Source of the DNA: Callorhinchus milii
Taxonomy: Eukaryota
Assembly: GCF_018977255.1 (NCBI RefSeq)
Contig: NW_024704742.1
Coordinates: 137,640,001 to 137,704,000 of the forward strand
Length of the DNA: 64,000 nt
Direction of reading: 5' to 3'
Numbering within the stretch: position 1 is the first letter of the stretch; every line of letters starts with the position of its first letter. Position numbers and translations under genes: made by a program. Shown in pieces: positions 49,189-61,100 of this stretch. The notes under the pieces are model-generated. The model searched no databases, was not told the origin of the DNA, and saw only the letters and a list, made by a program, of their open reading frames with translations.

Positions 49189-52100
49189 CTGGAAGAGAAA
49201 CAAAATGGTGTCAGGACATGTCCCACCACTTGCTGAGAGCTCTGATATAACGTGTGACCCACGTTAAAGTCTATAAGAACTCTCACCTTTACTATAACGA
49301 CTCTAATACCAAATGTCTCAAAGCAAATCGCTGTCAAGTGTAGTGACTGTGTATTTTATCAGCAAACCTGGCGGCTAATTTGAATTCAACAATGTCCACA
49401 TACAGCCAAGAAATGGGGGATCAATTTTATTTGGAGAATTGTTGGCCCGGACACCAGGAGAGAGAAATTCCCTTCCCTTTTCCAACAGCACATTGCATTC
49501 CAGACACAGGGAAATTTCCATGTGGAGGTGACATATATATGTGGAATTCTCATTCTGGTTTGGATACTCTTGAGAAGGTGATGTTGGTTGACCCAAAAAA
49601 CCTCAATAGATACAGACGGGATCTTGGTTTAACATCGCAATTAAAGGACAGCACTTCTGACAATGTAGCGCTCCTCCCAGTACTGCACTGGAGCATCAGC
49701 CTGGACTGTGAGCTCGAGGGCCCTGATTTAGGGGCTCGAATCCCCAACCTCCTGACCCAGAGCCAGAGTGCGAGCAGCGAGGCGACTGGATACACAATAA
49801 ACCAGAAAAGGCTGACAATACTCACTGTCATCAGAGGCTCTGATGGTGGAATTTGCGTACACTTGGGAAGGAGAGAGAGACAATTATTAGTAAATAATTT
49901 CAATATTGATAATATTTCCATCAGAAATGGGAATCAACATCACAAAGAAAATATGACACTGGTTATTAAACAGAGTATACATAGAAATCCGGAGAGGGGG
50001 GTTCAATGTCTAAAGCTCAGTCCCCAAAGCTGGGACAGGATTCAATTGGTGCTACTCTAATGCAAGTGATTTGGACTTGATACTACTCTAATATCAGGGC
50101 CTGGGGATTGGTGAGCACCAACCACAGGGTTAGGACTTAGGTGAATGTAGCAGCCAATTTGCACCAAGCTCCATAACCCCATATAATAATAATAATCCTT
50201 GCATTTGATATAGCGCTTTTCACGTCGGGAGGACGTCCCAAAGCGCTTCACAGAACACACTGTAAAGTGAATTGACTGTATATTTGTGGGCGAACGCGGC
50301 AGCCAATTGCGCACAGCAATGTCCCACAAACAGTCGTAGATTGAAAATGACCATTATTATTATTGTTTTTTTTTGGAGGGATTATTATTAGGCTCTGTGT
50401 GGAGTAAGGAAACTTGCCCAAGGTTTTGCCCTCTGCCTGGAATTGAACTCAGGTCTCTCACTTGCAAAGCGAGTGCTCTAACCACTGAGCTACAGGACTC
50501 CACACTCATCCCCACACTCCATTGCCTTGCTCCCTCCTACATCCCTGACCTGCTAAGCCCCTATCAACCTGTCTGCTCCCTCCATTCAGCAGGCTCCGGC
50601 CTACTTCATGCTCCCACCTTACCTACCCTACAATCGGCGGCCAGGCTTTCAGCCTCTCTGACCCACCCTTTGGAACTCCATCGCACAATCCCTTAGCCTC
50701 CCTTGCCTCCTCAATGCCCTCCTTTACGTCCATGCCTTCAGCCGTCCTCCTACCTCTCTGCCCTCCCTCACCCCAACCCTGCTCCCCTCTCGCTCGGGTC
50801 CTGATCCACGGCTATTCAGCACCTTGGGACATCCTCCCGACGTGAAAGGTGCTTTACAAATGTAATTTCTTGTTGTTTCTTACCTGAATCTGTTTGCCGG
50901 GCCGGTGCTGGGGTAACCACACTGTAGATCACAGCAGCTGCGTCTGTCAGATACATAACAGTCAGCTCCTTCTCCAGGTCTCTGCAGCTTCCCCTTTGCC
51001 ACATTCTACCTCGTCCTGTCCCCATTTTCCTGATACACCAGCCACTTCCACTCCCTCAAGATACAGGTGAGTGCTATTGAAAGCACCGGGCTCAAATCTA
51101 ATTAATGGTCCACTGGCAGATCTGCCTCGACAACATCAAAACAGCTCCATCCTCACCTCCACTAATTCATCCTTCTACTCCAAGATAATCTTGGAGGCAA
51201 GCACAACCCAAGGCTCCTCTTCTCCATGGGTTGAGGGTTGTCCCCTCCCCATCTCCGCAACATTGCTCAACTCTGCCACGGCCTCAGCCCTCAGGCTGCC
51301 GAAATCCTCATTCACACATTAATGACATTAGACTCGACTATCGCAACTCCCTGCTTGTCGGACTTGCCAAATTTTCCCTCCATAAGCTGCAGATTATTCA
51401 GGCCCTTTGACTGTGAGGCTCTGAAAGGCTCTCCCTTTAGCCCCACTCCCCTTTTCCCATTGGCTTTCAGATTTTTCTTTTCTAAATATTATTGGTGACT
51501 TGGCAGGTGTATTTTGCCAACTCCCAGATCCTGGGAATAGCTGTGAGATGAGGGACCAATTTATCCAGGGATTGTCATCCAGGACATTGGAAGGAACTCC
51601 CTTCCTTTTTCTGATAGTGTCACGGGATCTTTAACATCCCGATGGGCACAAGGATTCTTTCCACTCAGCTCCTGTTGGGTGACAGACATATGGCACTCTC
51701 TGGGAGGATGGTCCCAGCTGGACAAGCAGCAGGAAGCTTATTATCTAATGCTTTCAATGGCAAGCTATGTGGTTTCAGCTGGTTATACTCCAGCAGTTAT
51801 CTCGATGACTTGGTTCTCGCTACTGTGAACTGAAAACTTTCTGAAATGAGGTAAGCAGGATGAGTCTCTCCGTGGAGACAGACAGAGTGAGCCATTCCAT
51901 ATATGGAAATTTCCACGTGTAGGTGATTTACATGGGTGGAATTCTCAGTCTGGTTTGGATGCTCTGAAGCACAGTGATGGGTTTCTCTGTGTGAAGACAC
52001 CCAGAGCCAGAGGTGAGATGGTCACTGACTGAGCTCGGCTGAGACCCAGTGACCGGTTATTGAAAGCACGGGGTCAAAATTGTGGCATCGCTAATTGAGA

Positions 52101-55100
52101 CAGAACAGTTACCGTCTCCTGCAGGCGGCTGAGGTCGGACCATTTCGTTGCTAACACCCACATCCATTTGATGACTGAAAAAAAGAGAAAACGTTTTATA
52201 TTGTACATTTTATAGAGGTTAGAAGATAAAACCTTATATATAATAATTTGATACAGTGTCTTTCACATCAGGAGGATGTCTTATAGCACTTCACAGTGTA
52301 GGATTCAGTAAATAATGTTTTATTCTATCCTAAAGAAGGAATACAAGACTACGATTTAAACAACTTTGAACGTACAATAATAGCTGAATATTTTGGGGTG
52401 AATCTCTCAGCCTGGACTGACTGGGACTATCAGATTGTCCCCTCTACCTAAGCTCGCTGACACCCCCACCGTCTCGGTGTGCGCATTTTGGCTACCGCCT
52501 CCACCCAAGCTTCTCCATAATGCTCCTAACCCTGTCCTCTGCCCTCCACTATTCCCCCTCGATCCTCCTGTCTCACCGGCCTCCCCGACTCCTATTCCTG
52601 CTCGACCGTCCCACAGCCTCCCTCTGCTCCAGTCTGCGAAACCTCCATCGGCCTACCGCAGAAGATGTTGCTTCCTGTCCAAGAGCAGCCTCTCTGACTG
52701 CCCTGTTCTCCATTCTCGCCACAAGGCTCACCGGTCCCTGACCATGGGGACCAACATCTCCTCCCTGATCCCATCCCCACTGTACGTGTTAGTCATCAAC
52801 CACCCTTTGAGCACCTTACCATTTATCACCACTCCAACCATGCCCTCAAAATTCTCCTAATCTAGTGCCCCCAAGCCCTTCCCCAATTTCATCACTGACA
52901 TCTCTACCCTCCTATCTTCTCTGCCCCTCTGCTCCGAACTCCTCCTCATCCTAGGTGGCTTCAACTTTCATTTCACTCCCTCCTGCTCATCTGAACTCCT
53001 TCCCCTCTGGGCTTCCTTCCACCATGACATATCCTCCTCGATCACTCTTCTCCACAGCTCCCTCTCCTCTACTCTCGATTCCACTCTCTTCGCAAACCAT
53101 CTCCTATCCATATAAGTCAGCATGGTACACCAGCCACCACCGCTCCCTTAAAGCACAGTTGCGTGCCGCTGAGCACACATGGCTTAAATCAAACTTAACG
53201 ATCCATCGGGACATCTGGCTGGACCATATCAAATCCTACTGCTCCGCCCTCGCCTCCGCTAAATCGTTGTTCTACTCCTAGACAATCTTGGAGGCTAAGG
53301 ACAACCCCAGGCTCCCCTTCTCCATCATGAACTACTCCTCCACCACCATCTCACGCCTTGCTCATCCTCAGCTTAAATGCCAACCTCTAGGCGATGCTAC
53401 AATTCCTGGAATCCAAAGTCAAGGGAATCTGCTCAGTTGCCTATGCCATTCCATTTGCTACCCCCTTGAGATCAACATCGCCCACCCCGGCCCTTACGTA
53501 TCCCCCCCTCCACACCTTCAAACCTGTCTCCCCCTCCTCTCTCATCACCATTATAACCAGCATGAAACCGACTACCTTCTCCCTCGACCCCACTCCTACC
53601 CCTCTCCTTACCTCCCAGCTCCATCTCCTTGCCCCTCTACTCATTGACATCATGAATCTCTCCCTGTCCTCTGATAGTGTTCCCACATCATTAAAAACCG
53701 CCGTCATCACTCCAATCCTTAACAAACTCTCCCTGGACCCATCTCTAATCCCAAATTACCGCCCCGTTCCCAAATATCCTTTCCTCTCCAAGGTCCTGGA
53801 ACGAGTTGCTTCTCAGCCTCACTCCTTCCTCTCCTCCACTGCCTTCATGAACCCCTCCAATGGGGTTTCCCTGCTGCCCACAGCACAGAAACAGCCCTGG
53901 CCAAAGTGACAAATGACATTCTGTCCATCTGCGAACAGGGCTTCCTTTGCTTCCTTATTGACATCTCTCACAGTTGACCATTCTATCCTCATCCCACTTC
54001 AATCTTCACAGCTCTGTCCTTCACTGGTTCAGATCGTACCTCTCACACCACCACCACTTTATATCCACAAACGGTTCCTCCTCTAGCCCCCGCACGGTCT
54101 CGTGCGGTGTTCCTCAGGGCTCTGTCCTTGGTCCCCTCCTCTTCAATATCTATATGCTCCCTCTTGGTGACATCATCCGGAGACATGGGGTCAACTTTCA
54201 CATGAATGCGGATGATGCCCAACTCTACCTTTCTACCCTTAACTCCAGGACCCACTGCTGTCCTGACAGAATGACTGTCGGATATCAAGTCCTGGATGAG
54301 AGTTAACTTTCTTCAGTTGAACGTCAAAAAGACTGAGACTTTCTTGATTCACTCCCGTCAGCGCCTCCTCACCTCAACCAAAAACATCACCATCCATGGT
54401 TTCATACTCCAGTCACACTCCAGCTTGCTAAGCCAGTCCGAAACCTTGGCATCTTGTTTGATCCTCAACTACCCTTTCTACCCCACATTTGTACTATGAC
54501 CCGTTCTGCCTTCCCCACCCCTGTAACATCGTCCGGCTCTGCCACTGTTTTACACCGTAGGCCGCAGAAACCCTCATACATGCTTTATTACATCGAGTCT
54601 CGACTATGCAAACTCCTTGCTTGTCGGCCTTCCCAACTCTTCCCTCCATACGCTGCAGATCATCCAGAACTCTGCAGCCAACATCCTCTCCCACACTAGG
54701 CTCTGCGACCCTATCAACCCCATCTCGCCCGACTCCACTGGCTTCCTATCCCACAGAGCATACAGTTCAAGATCCTGGTTCTCACCTTCATGGACTTGCT
54801 CCATGGACTTGCTCCCCCCTACTTCTGTAACCTACCATTATGCTCGTCCCCACCGCTTAGCTGGCTCAAGCCTGCTTCATGTCCCCTGCCTCGTTCGCCT
54901 CACTATTGACGGTTGAGCCTTCTGCCACTCTGTCCGCACGCTCTGGAACTCCTTCCCTGCTTCATCCCGTGCCCTACACACTCCCCGACCTCGACCCCTA
55001 GCTTGGGTCCAAAACTCTTCTGTCCAGAGCCTTGGGACGTTCTCCCAACATGAAAGGCGCTTTATAGATGTAATTTTGTTGTTTTTGTTGGGTGATACCG

Positions 55101-58100
55101 AACTGGAAACCGTACAATAATATCTGGATACCTCTTGAGTGATATCGAACTGTACAACAATAATTGGATTCCTTTTGATGGATATCTAATTGGATTAAAA
55201 AGAACAGATTAAAATGGACATTAAATTGGACATTGCTCCTCTATGTCTCTCACAGCATTTGTTTTGATCAATTTAAATTGTTGTGAACTACGGTATACAT
55301 GGATATGTAAGCATAATTGGATACATTCTTTTAATTATTTATAACCATTATTAATCTGAATTGTGATTAATTGTACAACAACAGCGTCTCTCATGTCAGG
55401 GATCTTCACCAATCACTTCACGGAAAAGCAGCACGATGCTAACCCAGGTGGGGTGGGGGAGGGGAAGGTCCAACAGGAAGGTCTTCAGGCGCGACCTGAA
55501 GATGGAAAAGGAAGGGGCAATGTGGTGGGATAGAGGAAGAGTGTTCCAGAGTGGGGCTTAGGTAAATAGTGTCTCTTTGGGCTTCGCTGGCTACAAAGTT
55601 AGATGCTTGGCAACGGAATGTAATGGTCTCTAGTTCGGTTCGTTAGACAGGAAGGTCTGCAGTATTCCAGGCACTGCTGGTGATAGCAGGACTTGGAAGG
55701 GAGAGCAGTCACTGGGGGCAGGGAATCCTCCCACTCAGCTCCTGCTAACCCTGCAAGTCAAAGCCCTAACAGTGAGGGTGGTCCAAGCTGGAGAGGGAAG
55801 CAGGAAGCTTTCCAGATACAGGGCTCAACAGCAATTAGGAACTTGGAAGTGGATGTAACAGTGAAGGGATTAGAAAGACGCTCTCACCTCTCTGAACACT
55901 GACAGCAATGTCCGACACCATCAGCTGAAGAAATTAAAGAAAGATGAGAGAATGATTTAGATGGTTTGCTGATGACCTTTGTTAGTGCACATGTTATTCC
56001 AGTTAAAGACTTGTGCAAACTCTCCTCTTCCTGTTGTGTGGTGTAACCATGGCTACTGAAGCAGGAAGCCAGGCTCATGTCACCATCCAAAGAAGCCATT
56101 AGTTCCACTGTGTCTGTGCTGGTGCTCTCTCCCCCACTGGAGCTCTCTACCCTAATCCCATCCCTGCTCTCTCTCCCCATGGCGTCTGTGCTGGTGCTCG
56201 CGCCCCCACTGGAGCTCTCTACCCTAATCCCATTCCCTGCTCTCTCTCCCCATGGCGTCTGTGCTGGTGCTCTCTACCCGACTGGAGCTCTCTACCCTAA
56301 TCCCATCCCTGCTCTCTCTCCCCATGGCGTCTGTGCTGGTACTCGCGCCCCCACTGGAGCTCTCTACCCTAATCCCATTCCCTGCTCTCTCTCCCCATGG
56401 CGTCTGTGCTGGTGCTCTCTACCCGACTGGAGCTCTCTACCCTAATCCCATTCCCTGCTCTCTCTCCCCATGGCGTCTGTGCTGGTGCTCTCTACCCGAC
56501 TGGAGCTCTCTACCCTAATCCCATCCCTGCTCTCTCTCCCCATGGCGTCTGTGCTGGTACTCGCGCCCCCACAGGAGCTCTCTACCCTAATCCCATTCCT
56601 GCTCTCTCTCCCCATGGCGTCTGTGCTGGTGCTCTCTCCCCCACTGGAGCTCTCTACCCTAATCCCATCCCTGCTCTCTCTCCCCATGGCGTCTGTGCTG
56701 GTGCTCGTGCCCCCACTGGAGCTCTCTACCCAAATCCCATCCCTGCTCTCTCTCCCCATGGCGTCTGTGCTGGTGCTCTCTCCCCCACTGGAGCTCTCTA
56801 CCCAAATCCCATCCCTGCTCTCTCTCCCCATGGCGTCTGTGCTGGTGCTCTCTCCCCCACTGGAGCTCTCTACCCTAATCCCATCCCTCCTCTCTCTCCC
56901 CATGGCGTCTGTGCTGGTGAAGGAGAGATTGTTGGCCCCATTAATTGTTATTGGGCACTTTGTGTGAGGAATCAGGTTTCCATGTGTCTCTCTCTGCGTC
57001 TCTAACTGTATGTGGGGATTTATCTCCTAAGAATCAATGGATATTGCGACACCCTGTCTGTGCTGGCGCTCAAGTGAATAAGGTAATAGGAGGATATCTG
57101 ATGATTAGGTAACAGCAGAGGGAATATCTCGTCTGTGGTTATCAGGATCTGGGGCGACCCGTCCTGTGTCTGAGCAGATACCCAGTGTGTGGATACACAG
57201 CGTTACACAGCAATTACAATTGACAGTGAATGTTGTTATGGAGGTAACCGCGGCAGATAATCTGCTGAGCCAGAGGTGAGAGTGCGAGCGGCTGAGACAG
57301 ACTCACTTGGAATAAACATTACCTTTGTCTGTAAACACCTACCTCTCTTTACCCGCCAGATAATGATGGCAGTCACCAGAACGAGCAGCACCACAATGGA
57401 TACCACGATATATACAGTCTGACAACCATCACTGTGTCTGTCCCCATCACTGTGTCTGTCCCCATTGCTCTGTCTGTCCCCATCGTTCTGTCTGTCCCCA
57501 TCACTCTGTCTGTCCCCATCACAGTGTCTGTCCCCATCGCTCTGTCTGTCCCCATCGCTCTGTCTGTCCCCATCGCTCTGTCTGTCCCCATCGCTCTGTC
57601 TGTCCCCATCACTCTGTCTGTCCCCATCACAGTGTCTGTCCCCATCGCTCTGTCTGTCCCCATCGCTCTGTCTGTCCCCATCGCTCTGTCTGTCCCCATC
57701 GCTCTGTCTGTCCCCATCACTGTGTCTGTCCCCATCGCTCTGTCTGTCCCCATCGCTCTGTCTGTTCCCATCGCTCTGTCTGTCCCCATCACTCTGTCTG
57801 TCCCCATCACACTGTGATCCAGGTGCGAGGATGTCTCGGGCGTCTCTGCCCTGTGTGTTCTCAGCTACACAGCGGTAAATTCCCCTCAGCCTCGGGCCCC
57901 GGATCTCCCCCACGGTTTGATGTTTGTCCACTACGTGTGTGACTGGCGTGTGGTTGGTGTTAATGGGCAGCGTGTTATTCTCGGGGTTGATCCATGTGAT
58001 GTTGGCCGGTGGTTCCCCCTCAGCCGTGCACACAATGTCAACTCCGACTCCATCACCGGCCACGAGGGACAGACTCAGGATTACAGCCGGAGCTTCAGGT

Positions 58101-61100
58101 ATAAAGAAACACAGAGTTATTCAAACTAAACAACTGTCCCCATCGTGTCTGTGCTGGTGCTCACTCCCCCACTGGAGCTCTCTACTCTAACCCCATTCCC
58201 TGCTCTCTCCTATCTTATCTGTGCTGGTGCTCGCTCCCCCACTGGAGCTCTCTCGTCTAAGTCATTCTCTTTTCTGGTAGATTGTCATGATGTTCACAAT
58301 GTTCCCTTTCAAACACTTTCAAAATTCCAATATTCAAGTCTATTCGGGTCCCAGCGCCTTGGGACTTCAACATTCACTTCACCCCCTCCTTCTCTACCTC
58401 TGCTGACTTCTCCTCGGTCATCTCCTCCCTCACCCTTCCCTCCACATTCACTCCGCCAACCATGGAGGATACACCTCCGCGATCACACCCTCGACTTGCA
58501 GATCTTTCGGGGGCTCACCATTTCAGATCTCACCATTACCAACAAAGCCATCTGGGACCATCATTTCATCTCCCTTAACTCCTCAATCCCTCTCCCAACT
58601 GCCATCCAACCAACCTCAATATCCTATTGCCTCTGCAAAAAAAAACTCCCTCTCCCTCTTTGCCCGTCTACTCACAGACATCATAAACCTCCCCCTGTCC
58701 ACTTGTACCATTCCCACCCCTTTAAAAACTCTCGTCATCACTTCTCTCCTTCAAAAAACCTGATCTGAACCCATTCCTGTTCTCAAACTACCGCCACATC
58801 TCCAACCTCTCTTTACTCTCCAAGGTCCTACAAAGAGACCCAGCTTTGCCCTTCCTCTCCCGCCATTCCCTTCACAAACCCCTCCAATCGTGTTTCCATG
58901 TCACCCACAGCACAGAAACAGCCCTGGTCAAAGTGACAAATGATATTCTGTTTATCTGCAACCAGGACTGCCTCGACCTCATTCTTCTTGACCTCTCTGC
59001 TGCCTTTGGTACTTTTGACCATTCTATCCTCATCCACCACCTCACCTCTCACAACTTCACGGTTCTGTCCTTGAATGGTTCATATCGTACCTCTCACACC
59101 GCCTCCATTTTATCTCCACAAACAGTTTCTCCTCTAGACCCCGCACCATCTTGTGCGTCATTCCTCAGGGCTCTGTCCTCGGTCCCCTCCTCTTCAATAT
59201 CTATATGCTCCCTCTTGGTGACCTCATCCGCAGACATGAAGTCAACTTCCACATGTATGCGGATGACACCCAACTGTACCTCTCTGACGAATAGGGTAAG
59301 GAATGAGACAAACCTCGTCTGTAACATTGCGTCAGTGATGACCTGTTCATTCACCCCTTTCCGTGTCCCACAGAGACAAGAGATCTCTTACCAACAACCT
59401 GCAGCCGTGACATGTTCTGTGTCACCTGGTCCTGTTGGTACGTTTCCTTTATAAACATGACGTGTACGTGACAGAAATACCGTCCGGTGTCGTTTAACTC
59501 CAGGCCCCTGATCTTCAGGGAAGCGTCTCCATCTCCCACATTCCTGACCAGCTTGTAGCGATTTCCTTCATTCACTGTCTCTGACTCCCTGGAGTTGGTG
59601 TGGGCGGTGAGGCCAAGAGTGTAATTAAACACCAGCTGCCCATGTGGCCTCCCTCTCCTCCAAAGCACTGTGACTGTGGCACGATTCTGGTATGTGTTGG
59701 GGATGGTGAAGGAGCAGGGCAGTGTGGCATCACCTCCCTTGGTACCAGTCACTGACCGGAGCTTCTCTTCATGACCTGAGACAGGAACAGGATTGGAATA
59801 GTGCAGAGCAGTCAGTGTGACAGAGTACATGTTACACACTGTGAAATCCTGGATATGTTACCTGCTCTTCATGGCACCATCTCCCTCAGGCCTGTGCTCC
59901 TCACTCACCCTCTATGAGCCTGTGGGCAGCACAATGTCTCACAGACAAAATCCTGGATTTTTAAAGCACCGATAATATGATTGCTGGCAAATGAAGTGAC
60001 TGTTTTGCAGCCAGTTTTCTCAGATGATGGACCCCCAATGCTTATGAAGGCTCTGGGATGCTACCCCGCACGAGGTGCGCTATATAAATGCACGTTATTG
60101 TTGTTGTCGACAACCAATTCAGATGGAGGATTGTTGGTGTAAACCCAAGGAGATAACCCTTCCTCATGTTTTGGGGCAGTCGGTTTCCTGATACATACAG
60201 AAATCTGTCACCATTGTTAAGAGGACCTAAACCAGAGAGAGTGTACCACCTATATATCCACTCTGAGTATGTAATTCAGAGAGTATTATGCACACATTGG
60301 CAAGTGCAAGGCTTGGGGACCCCAGTGTATGTGTTTGGGGCAATTTGGAGTTCAAACAGCGAAAGCTGCATCATAATAATACATACATTTGATATCACAT
60401 TGTTCAGACGTCTCAAAGCGCTTCACAGAATATTCTGTAAAGTGAATTGACTGTATAATTTTGTAGGAGTAATCGATTATGCCAGCATTGTTTCTTCAAA
60501 CAGTCGTGGTTTGAGCAACAAAATTATTTCTAAAATTATTTTTGGAGAGATTATTATGCCCCAGGGTCATCCACCAATCGACGGACAACCATGTTCCTAC
60601 TTACTGCTAGGTAAAGAAAGGAGGGCAGAGTAAAGAAACTTGCTCAAGGTTTCTCACTGCCCAGGAATCGAACCCAAGCCCTCTCGCTTGTGAGGCGAGT
60701 GCTCTAACCACTACACTACAGGACTCCACAGCACAGTTGGCCAGTGACGGCACTGTGTGGCAAGCTTCCTGCTGCTTGTGTAGATCTGTGGTGTTATTGA
60801 GCTGAGTGGGAATGGTCGCGCCCAGTGACTGGTCTGCCAATGAGGCTGATGCCAAATCAGCAGTGCCCTGGAGTACTGCGACCGCCTGGAACCAGACTAG
60901 AGACCCCCACAGAGGGTTGACTCCTGCCCGACGTCCTGTGGCCTGGTATGTCACTGTGGAGCCAGTCCCTGCTTTACACCGGCTTTTTTGTGGTGGGAGA
61001 ATCTTACAGGGCAGTTTGTGACCTGCCAGCCACCTTGATGTTCTCGAGATCCATTGCCGCGTCCCAGGCTTACTGATCACCAGCTGCTGAATCCAGGTCC

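Noticed and set aside
56112-56919. Regular 72-bp array resembling a CRISPR or a repeat protein (ORFs 56077-57005)
   Set aside because: No unique spacers, eukaryotic intron, open in several frames; simple minisatellite
57431-57808. Integrin-binding RGD or GAG-attachment motifs in the stalk
   Set aside because: Repeat reads GDR and SDG, not RGD or Ser-Gly
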